Assembly (NCBI GenBank): GCA_913045275.1
Contig: CAJWPG010000001.1
Location: forward strand, 4,776 to 68,775
From: an uncultured Pelagibacteraceae bacterium
GTDB lineage: Bacteria; Pseudomonadota; Alphaproteobacteria; Pelagibacterales; Pelagibacteraceae
DNA length: 64,000 nt
Direction: 5' to 3'
Part shown: one piece after another, positions 58,201 through 64,000 of the stretch
Layout of the letters: each line of letters begins with the position of its first letter
Position numbering within the stretch: position 1 is the first letter of the stretch
Made by a program: the position numbers and the translations under genes
Notes under the pieces: model-generated
Database searches by the model: none
What the model saw: the letters and a program-made list of their open reading frames with translations, nothing else
Told to the model about the DNA's origin: nothing

Positions 58201-58324
58201 GTAAACCCGATGGAAGTTCCCTTACAGGTAATTTCCAGAAGACGAATGTACCGAATACAACTAGTATTAAAGATAAAACCCATGCAAAAGCAGGTCTTCT
58301 TATACTGACATCCGTTAAGTACAT
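55214..58324 (-). CDS. RND efflux permease (AcrB/AcrD/AcrF family)
   Basis: SIRRP, GIITDDSV (TM4 DD), KNSILIVD, RFRPIIMTSL; 1036 aa. Confidence 0.95.
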   Translation of the reverse strand: MYLTDVSIRRPAFAWVLSLILVVFGTFVFWKLPVRELPSGLQPPVVQVQVEYASASATIVDESVTQILEDVIGGAEGIKNIDSKSENGKSTISIEFDTAIDLDDAANDIRERVARVVNRLPSESDSPKILKQSAGFSTTMWLALTSATWNDLELGDYAERYLVDKFSSIKNVGRIRTGGLRKLSIRVWIDPIKLAANNITIQEVELALRNENVRLPAGTLEANNIDLTINIDKSYNDLEKLKQLPIKKGKNNLVRLSDIAELEFGPVSSKILFSAQSKKALNQKTVGIGIYARSGASTVELSKDIKKKIEEVNENLPGDLNLEIAFNRATYISEAINEVYKTLIIAFILVVVIIYLFLGNLKAVIVPAIALPVSLIATFLGIYLFDLSINIFVLLSFILAIGIITDDSVIMTDAIYRRIENGETPLVAAHKGSKQITFAIIATTLILVAVFLPLIFIEGIAGTLFKETAIALSFAIVVSSFVALTLSPMLGSKFLDNKKKSNFLVRWFGKFFNGFSNFYSETLNFWLNKKKTIITFIIIMIVGSGALYNYTKKELLPSEDRGAYLVIGFTDEGSSFEYTQKRAIDVEQRLIPLLKSEDSPYNRLLMIVPGFGSDNSFLIIALLDNWKNREQNSQIVMRQAIGKIVTVPQALAFPISPQSIRVSSYNKPVQMVIYGNTYEELKEIQTKVINMLRRNRNLSRIESDYTTNKPEVKLEINKNKAKDLGISSQAIGQTLETLYGGKTVTKFNKLGKEYPIILQQYLEDRKDKESLSKIFVRSENSGSLISLSNLVDFKEIGSASKLSRYNRQRAVTISANISENYTLSEAIKYLETTMSQVAPEKQITWKGKSEELKETSNELYIIFALALLTAYLVMSATFNSFVHPFIIILTVPLAVFGGLVFILFLNSSINIFSQIALVILIGISTKNSILIVDYANQLRTTGKDIETAVREACNLRFRPIIMTSLSTMIAMIPLVVGNIGPGAGEGSRLAVGATILGGMIISTFFTLYVTPTMYLTLAKNTKRIDAIDIELKDQLN

Positions 58325-58328
58325 TTAA

Positions 58329-59339
58329 TTATTTATTTTTATCGTCTTTTTTTTTCGACTCAGACTTATTAAATATGTTTAATTTTTTTATCCAATCGAA
58401 CTTACTCTTTTTTGAGCCATTTTTAGTAGATTTAATTTTTTTTTTCAAATCAGACTTACTCTTTTTTGAGCCATCTTTTATAGGTTTAATTTTACCGTTA
58501 GGTCTAACTTTTTTTAAACCTTCGGCTACTATTACATCACCTTCATTTAAACCAGATTTAACCTCAAGGTAACCTTGACTTCGGTTACCGATTTCAATTT
58601 CTGTTCTCTTTGTAATATTTTTTTTGTCGACTTTATAAATATATACTTTGTTACCTTCTAATATGACACTCGTGTCAGGAATGCCCAAAGAATTTCTTTC
58701 GTTGTATTTTATAGTGACCTCAAGAAGTGCACCAGGTAAAATTTCAAGACTTGGGTTATTCAATTTAATTCTTGCAGCCAGAGATCTTTTATTTGTATCT
58801 ATTCTACTCGCAAGCGAATCTACCACCCCTTCATAACTTTTTTCTTTATTTCCTGAAAATTTTATATCTACTCTCAAACCTTCACTTATAAAAGTTGCAA
58901 ATACTTCAGGTATATCTACATCTACAAATAATGTAGATGCATCCTCTAAATTAATTACTAAAGAACTTTCTGATACTTTAATGTCATCAGAAAAATTTCT
59001 TTTTCCAATTACGCCATCAAAAGGAGCAACAATATTTCTATTTTTTAATTTTACAATTACTTCTCCAGCTTTAACTTTTTTATTAAATTTAATAGGTTTT
59101 AAAATTTCGTACTTTTCTATATTGTAAGACTGAACTCTTAATGGAACTGCCGTTCCAAATGTTTCTATTTTATTTTGAAAATTTTTCTGTTCTACGGTTT
59201 TTACTATTATGCCCGGAGGAGATCTTTTGCTAAATTTTTTTTTAAAATGGTTTCCTATCATGGTTCTTGCAACAACCACTCCAGCGATTATCATAAAGAA
59301 TAGAATTATTACGGATATAACTTTTGTTGATCTTTTCAT
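58329..59339 (-). CDS. RND periplasmic adaptor (MFP) lacking the alpha-hairpin, with Lys-rich tail
   Basis: N-terminal TM anchor, VKAGEVIVKL joined to IVAPFDGVIG, VDIPE, IPDTSV, GLNEGDVIVAEG. Confidence 0.88.
   Translation of the reverse strand: MKRSTKVISVIILFFMIIAGVVVARTMIGNHFKKKFSKRSPPGIIVKTVEQKNFQNKIETFGTAVPLRVQSYNIEKYEILKPIKFNKKVKAGEVIVKLKNRNIVAPFDGVIGKRNFSDDIKVSESSLVINLEDASTLFVDVDIPEVFATFISEGLRVDIKFSGNKEKSYEGVVDSLASRIDTNKRSLAARIKLNNPSLEILPGALLEVTIKYNERNSLGIPDTSVILEGNKVYIYKVDKKNITKRTEIEIGNRSQGYLEVKSGLNEGDVIVAEGLKKVRPNGKIKPIKDGSKKSKSDLKKKIKSTKNGSKKSKFDWIKKLNIFNKSESKKKDDKNK
58400..58474. repeat. 21-bp exact direct repeat (period 54 bp) in the MFP C-terminal tail
   Basis: acttactcttttttgagccat at 58400-58420 and 58454-58474 (GSKKSK twice). 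Confidence 0.9.
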
Positions 59340-59342
59340 AAT

Positions 59343-60155
59343 TTAAATTTTTCCATATTCGGCCCAAGAGCCATCATAAATAATAGGAGAATATTTATTA
59401 TTTACTAAAGAATATGCAAGAGCTAAAACGCACGCGGTAACCCCAGAACCACAAGAAAATACTATATTATTGTATTTACGATCAATTATTTGCATAAATT
59501 TTTTTGAAATTTCATCTGTATTTTTAAATGTACCATCTTCATTTATAATTTCTTTAAATGGTAAACAAAGTGAATTTGGAATTGAACCACTTCTAACATT
59601 TTTTCTAGGGTCTGGAACCTTGCCTTCAAATCTTTCTTTACTTCTTGCATCTACAACTAAAAACTCTTTCATATTAATATTTGAATTAATTTGATTTTTA
59701 TTTTTAACTAAATTTTTATTTTCTTTTGATGTATATTTTGATTTTTGTATTTTGGTTTTATTATTATCAATTATTTTATTTTCTAAAATCCATTTTTTTA
59801 ACCCACCGTCTAAAACACTAACAAGATTTGGACTATGTCCAAAATAAATAAAATTATACCAACATCTACATGAGCTTAATACGTCAGAATTGTCATAAAT
59901 TATTATTCTATCATTATTAGATATTCCTAGATTGGATACAGTTTTCTCCCAAGTAATTGGATTGGGCAACATGTGAGGAAGATCTGTATTCGTATCAGAG
60001 TATTTATCTAGATCAAAAAAAATAGCACCTGGAATGTGTTTTTTGAGATATTCCTCGTATGCATTTCTTTTAACGTTAGGCATGTGCCAGGAACAATCTA
60101 TTAATTTAACTTTATCTAAATTATTTTCTAGCCAATCTGAGGTTACCAAAGACAT
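59343..60155 (-). CDS. sseA: 3-mercaptopyruvate sulfurtransferase (double rhodanese)
   Basis: HIPGAIFFD, LPHMLP, DARS..RF.G, CGSGVTAC active loop, YDGSWAEY. Confidence 0.93.
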   Translation of the reverse strand: MSLVTSDWLENNLDKVKLIDCSWHMPNVKRNAYEEYLKKHIPGAIFFDLDKYSDTNTDLPHMLPNPITWEKTVSNLGISNNDRIIIYDNSDVLSSCRCWYNFIYFGHSPNLVSVLDGGLKKWILENKIIDNNKTKIQKSKYTSKENKNLVKNKNQINSNINMKEFLVVDARSKERFEGKVPDPRKNVRSGSIPNSLCLPFKEIINEDGTFKNTDEISKKFMQIIDRKYNNIVFSCGSGVTACVLALAYSLVNNKYSPIIYDGSWAEYGKI

Positions 60156-60157
60156 AA

Positions 60158-60601
60158 TTATCTCTTTTCAAGATATTTTTGGTGATATTCTTCTGCGGTA
60201 CAGTAATTTTTTACTATTGATAATTTTGTAACTACTTTTCCTGATAACTTTTTATTTTCTTTTTCAATTATTTTTTCCGCATAATTTTTTTGTTTTTCAT
60301 TTAAATAAAAAATTTCACTTCTATATTGTTTGCCCATATCTGGTCCTTGTGAATTTAATGTAGTTGGATCATGAATTTGAAAAAAATACTCTATTATTTC
60401 ATCATAAGAAATTATTTTAGGATCAAATTCTAATTTTACCACTTCCGCATGATTTGTATTTCCTGTACAAACCTCTTTGTATGTTGTTTGGGGACTATTT
60501 CCCCCACAGTATCCTACTTCAGTTTTTACTATTCCATTAACTTTACTAAATTTTATTTCTGGTTCCCAGAAACATCCCAAACCTAAAACTGCTATTTCCA
60601 T
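60158..60601 (-). CDS. msrA: Peptide methionine sulfoxide reductase MsrA (short form)
   Basis: GCFW, GY.GG, HAEVV, HDPT...QGPD.G.QYRS, AEEYHQKY. Confidence 0.93.
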   Translation of the reverse strand: MEIAVLGLGCFWEPEIKFSKVNGIVKTEVGYCGGNSPQTTYKEVCTGNTNHAEVVKLEFDPKIISYDEIIEYFFQIHDPTTLNSQGPDMGKQYRSEIFYLNEKQKNYAEKIIEKENKKLSGKVVTKLSIVKNYCTAEEYHQKYLEKR

Positions 60602-60635
60602 TGAATAATAATTTAATTAATTTAAAGTTATATTC

Positions 60636-61517
60636 ATGTTTTCCAAAAATCAATTAGGCTTTTTGTATATGTTTCTATCCGTTTGTGTGTTTTCTATCAT
60701 GGATTTAATTGTTAAATGGTCAGAAAATTATCCTGTAGGAGAAGTTTTATTTTTTAGAGGTTTATGCGGCTTAATACCTATTCTTAGTATAATTCCAAAA
60801 GATAGATATATAAATTTTTATAGAACCAGCAGACCCATTCTTCATCTAAAAAGATGCATGTCGGGATTAATTGCTATTGTAGCAATTTTTATTGCTTTAA
60901 GAGAGTTGCCTTTAGCAACCGTGGTAAGTATTACTTTTGCAGCTCCTATTTTTACAACAATTTTATCTATTATATTTTTAAGTGAAAAAGTAGGATTTTA
61001 TAGATGGTTAGCAGTTTTAGTTGGATTTGTCGGCATTATTATAATTTCTGAACCGGGTTTTAGTTCTCTTAATATATATTATATATATCCAATAATTTTT
61101 TGTTTGGGTTTGTCGTATGTTTCAATTGCAATAAAAAAATTATCTAGCACCGAACCAATCTGGCTTATTGGTTTTTATTTTTCTTTTTCAATAATGATAA
61201 CAAGTTTATTTACTATTCCAAAAGGATGGATTATGCCTAATTTAACCGATTCAATTTTATTGTCTCTCGTGGGTGTATTAGGAGGAGCTGCAAATTTATT
61301 ACTTACACAGGCTTACAAGTTTTCAGATGTATCGTTAGTTACACCGCTAAAATATTTGGCATTGGTTTTTGCGATTATTTTTGGATATTTATTTTGGGGC
61401 GAGATACCTACTTTCAAAGTATTAATGGGCGCAACTTTAGTAATCATATCTTCAGTAATTATATTTAGAAGAGAAATTTATTTAAAAGGATCAGTTTCAA
61501 CATCTCGTCATGAGTAG
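60636..61517 (+). CDS. DMT (EamA) family transporter
   Basis: About 10 TM segments, LFFR, F.APIF...LS...L.EKVG..RW.AV.VGF.G. Confidence 0.88.
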   Translation: MFSKNQLGFLYMFLSVCVFSIMDLIVKWSENYPVGEVLFFRGLCGLIPILSIIPKDRYINFYRTSRPILHLKRCMSGLIAIVAIFIALRELPLATVVSITFAAPIFTTILSIIFLSEKVGFYRWLAVLVGFVGIIIISEPGFSSLNIYYIYPIIFCLGLSYVSIAIKKLSSTEPIWLIGFYFSFSIMITSLFTIPKGWIMPNLTDSILLSLVGVLGGAANLLLTQAYKFSDVSLVTPLKYLALVFAIIFGYLFWGEIPTFKVLMGATLVIISSVIIFRREIYLKGSVSTSRHE

Positions 61518-62136
61518 AAGTCCAAAATATTGGAATGCCGCCAAACGCTATCTTTTAAAAAAAGATAAAATTATGAATAAATTAATTAACAAATATTCAG
61601 GTAATAATTTAACAACTAGAAAAGATGTATTTTTCTCTCTTTGTAAAAGCATTATTAGTCAACAAATAAGTGTAGCAGCTGCTAATTCTGTTTTTTCAAA
61701 GTTTCATTTAACCTGCAAGGGAAAAGTAAATCCAAAAGTAGTTAACTTAATCTCAACTTCAAAGTTAAAAAAATGTGGTCTTAGTAGACAAAAAATAAAA
61801 GGAATAAAAGAATTGGCTAAAAAATATGTAAAAAAAAAATTTAATCCAAAACTAATAAACAAAATGAATGATGAAGAGGCTATACAATACTTATCTGAAT
61901 TAAGACAAATTGGAAGATGGTCTGCAGAAATGATATTGTTGTTTACTTATAACAGGCCAAACATCTGGCCGATTCAAGATATAGGATTGTTGAGAGCTAT
62001 TTCAAATAACTATAAAAAAAAATATTTACCTCCAAAATATTTTGTAAATAAACTTAATAAAAGATTTTCACCATATTGTTCTGTTGCAACTTGGTACTTA
62101 TGGAGATCAATTGACAACGAACCTATTCAGTACTAA
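61510..62136 (+). CDS. alkA: DNA-3-methyladenine glycosylase II (HhH-GPD)
   Basis: SIISQQISVAAA, GLSRQK, LRQIGRWSAEM, P..DIG, PYCSVATWYLWRS. Confidence 0.88.
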   Translation: MSRSPKYWNAAKRYLLKKDKIMNKLINKYSGNNLTTRKDVFFSLCKSIISQQISVAAANSVFSKFHLTCKGKVNPKVVNLISTSKLKKCGLSRQKIKGIKELAKKYVKKKFNPKLINKMNDEEAIQYLSELRQIGRWSAEMILLFTYNRPNIWPIQDIGLLRAISNNYKKKYLPPKYFVNKLNKRFSPYCSVATWYLWRSIDNEPIQY

Positions 62137-62418
62137 ATCCTTCAATAACTTGCATGTGTCTTACTGTCGTTTCTTTAGCTAGGTCCCACCCTGATTGATA
62201 TTCACTTGAGTTATGACATTCTATAGCTTTATCGTAACTAGGAAATTCCCATATTACTGTACGTAAAAAACTTTCTCCTTCATAAGCTTTGTTTTTTCCG
62301 CCTCTTACTAAAGGCACTCCCCAAAGCTTTTGATAATAGGAGTTACAATTTCTGAATATTTTTTCAAATTTTGTTGATTTTCTATTTTAGTATATAAACT
62401 TATCCAATAACCTTTCAT
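62123..62418 (-). pseudogene. DUF1330 family gene with a 1-bp frameshift (real lesion or sequencing error)
   Basis: MKGYWISLY...YSEIVTPIIKSFG from ATG at 62418 continues as VPLVRGG...WEFPSYDKAIECHNSSEYQ in another frame; one extra G in the G4 run at 62319-62322 restores a 98-aa ORF. Confidence 0.8.
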
Positions 62419-62464
62419 TATAAATTCTTCTTTTTAATTTTTTTCAATTATGATAACAAATTTT

Positions 62465-62794
62465 ATGAAGAAAAAATTAATATTAAATATTTATATAAAT
62501 ATAATTTTTTTGATTATTTTATCCCTAAATACTCAAAAATTGTTAGCAGATGAGGTTTTTGAAAAAGGTAGAGAAATTTTTTTAGAACAAGGAACTTGTG
62601 CTTCTTGCCACACTCTTAATGACGCAGGATCTCAAGCAAACATTGGACCAAATTTGAATGAAATAAGACCAGATCTTAATAGAGTAATAATTGCTGTTAC
62701 GAATGGAATAGGTGTAATGCCTTCTTTTGATGGAATATTAACCACAGATGAAATTAATTCAGTTGCTCATTATGTTGACACAGCTACTGAGTAA
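62465..62794 (+). CDS. Periplasmic class I c-type cytochrome
   Basis: Signal peptide, CASCH heme motif, IGPNL, GIGVMP distal Met; ATG at 62465 (or 62450). Confidence 0.9.
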   Translation: MKKKLILNIYINIIFLIILSLNTQKLLADEVFEKGREIFLEQGTCASCHTLNDAGSQANIGPNLNEIRPDLNRVIIAVTNGIGVMPSFDGILTTDEINSVAHYVDTATE

Positions 62795-62831
62795 TAAAAA
62801 CTAATAATTTTTTAAAATAATATAATTTAAA

Positions 62832-63323
62832 TTATGCAATATCTTTAAAACGAAAAAATGCAATTTTCATTACCTGCTTTTTTGCTTCGTCAAACTCAGA
62901 GTTTAAATCATTTTGAATTCTTTTTTTAAAATCATTTAAAATATCATTTTTATTTTTGCCTTTTACCGCAATTATAAAAGGAAATCCAAATTTGGCCCTA
63001 TATTCAATATTTAATTTTTTAAATTCTTCAAATTCATCAAAAGTACATTCATTTAAACTTGCTCCCGATTGTTCATTGCTTGAGTCTTTAGTTAATTTTT
63101 TTTCAACAACTAATTCTGGGTGGGAATTTAAAATTAGAAGAATTTGTTCTTTATTACAATTTTCATACTGATTAATTATTTTTGAAAACAGATCATCAAT
63201 ATTTTTAAATGGTTTTAAATCGAAAACTTTTTCTGCAATCCATTCTGTTTTTTCAAAAATGTTGCCAAAAATTGATAAAAAATCTGATTTGTTTAATTGA
63301 TTGATATTATTTATTGACTTCAT
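62832..63323 (-). CDS. uraD: OHCU decarboxylase
   Basis: IFEKTEWIAE, HPEL, S.NEQ..A.L, Y..KFGFPFIIAVKG, KIA..R; divergent from uraH. Confidence 0.93.
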   Translation of the reverse strand: MKSINNINQLNKSDFLSIFGNIFEKTEWIAEKVFDLKPFKNIDDLFSKIINQYENCNKEQILLILNSHPELVVEKKLTKDSSNEQSGASLNECTFDEFEEFKKLNIEYRAKFGFPFIIAVKGKNKNDILNDFKKRIQNDLNSEFDEAKKQVMKIAFFRFKDIA

Positions 63324-63354
63324 TTTAGTATTAATATTTTAGTTTTATATATAA

Positions 63355-63375
63355 ATTATACAATAATTGTATAAT
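63355..63375. promoter_or_regulatory. Perfect inverted repeat with a TATAAT box on each strand (bidirectional promoter and/or operator)
   Basis: ATTATACAAT-A-ATTGTATAAT in the 66-bp uraD/uraH divergent spacer. Confidence 0.6.
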
Positions 63376-63389
63376 ATATATTGGAGTTT

Positions 63390-63740
63390 ATGACAAAGTT
63401 AACAACACATGTATTAGATATCTACTCGGGCAAACCAGGCAACGGTATAGTCGTTGATTTATTTTATTTAAATAATAATGAAAAAAAAAAAATAAATTCA
63501 GTAAAATTAAATAGCGATGGAAGATCTGACAAACCATTGGTTGAAGGAGAGAATTTTTTAGAAGGAAAGTATGAACTTATATTTTATGTTGGAGGCTATT
63601 TTAAAAATATAACTAATACTGGCAAAATTCCTTTTTTAGATGATGTTGTGATAAAATTTGGTATTTCAAATCCCAAGGAACATTATCATGTTCCTCTACT
63701 TGTATCACCTTGGAGCTATTCTACATACAGAGGTAGTTAA
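63390..63740 (+). CDS. uraH: 5-hydroxyisourate hydrolase (transthyretin-like)
   Basis: LTTHVLD, DGR, HYHVPLL, terminal YRGS; GGAG RBS before ATG at 63390. Confidence 0.96.
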   Translation: MTKLTTHVLDIYSGKPGNGIVVDLFYLNNNEKKKINSVKLNSDGRSDKPLVEGENFLEGKYELIFYVGGYFKNITNTGKIPFLDDVVIKFGISNPKEHYHVPLLVSPWSYSTYRGS

Positions 63741-64000
63741 GTGGATTCGGGCGTAGTTAAGCTTTTATTTAATGATAAAATATTGGAGTTAAGTAATCCC
63801 GATCCAAATCAAACAATTCTTAATTTCATAAGAACAGAATTAAAAAAGACAGGAACCAAAGAAGGTTGTGCAGAGGGTGCTTGTGGCGCATGTACTGTGG
63901 TCGTGGGCGAATTAAACAAGAATAATATAGAATATAAGGCTGTTAATGCTTGTATTTCCTTTTTACCATTTTTAAATGGAAAACAACTATTGGTTGTTGA
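63741..64000 (+). CDS. xdhA: Xanthine dehydrogenase small subunit, N-terminal part (3' truncated by window edge)
   Basis: GTG start right after the uraH stop; TGTKEGCAEGACGACTVVVGE...VNAC 2Fe-2S motif; not in the ORF track. Confidence 0.9.
   Translation, partial: MDSGVVKLLFNDKILELSNPDPNQTILNFIRTELKKTGTKEGCAEGACGACTVVVGELNKNNIEYKAVNACISFLPFLNGKQLLVV

Overview
Very AT-rich, extremely gene-dense alphaproteobacterial core chromosome. Gene content, minimal spacers and lysine-rich proteins point to a SAR11/Pelagibacterales genome (inference). In order: 3' end of asd, sdhCDAB-mmsA-mdh-sucCDAB-lpdA, priA, atpHAGDC; a minus-strand block (metX-metW-gloB under a SAM-II riboswitch, then rplU-rpmA-obgE-proBA-nadD-rsfS-ctpA-rppH); hisC-tyrA; trkH-ampG-NlpC/P60; class I lysS-pyrD; rpmB-yhhQ; a three-gene polyamine operon; orphan regA; bioY with an ABC ATPase; polA; chvI-chvG-ahcY-tsaE-amgK-murU; gpmA; an operon with the ATPase zeta inhibitor; an RND pump; sseA, msrA, a DMT transporter, alkA; a frameshifted DUF1330 gene; a cytochrome c; and the start of a purine-degradation cluster (uraD, uraH, xdhA). 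I saw no tRNA, rRNA, mobile element or CRISPR array. Top leads: (1) SdhC and SdhD both lack the heme-b axial histidines while quinone-site residues are kept, suggesting a natural heme-free complex II; (2) an RND adaptor with no alpha-helical hairpin; (3) a candidate leader peptide or attenuator ahead of the polyamine operon; (4) a perfect palindrome giving back-to-back TATAAT boxes between uraD and uraH. All family calls and alignments were made by eye, not by database search.
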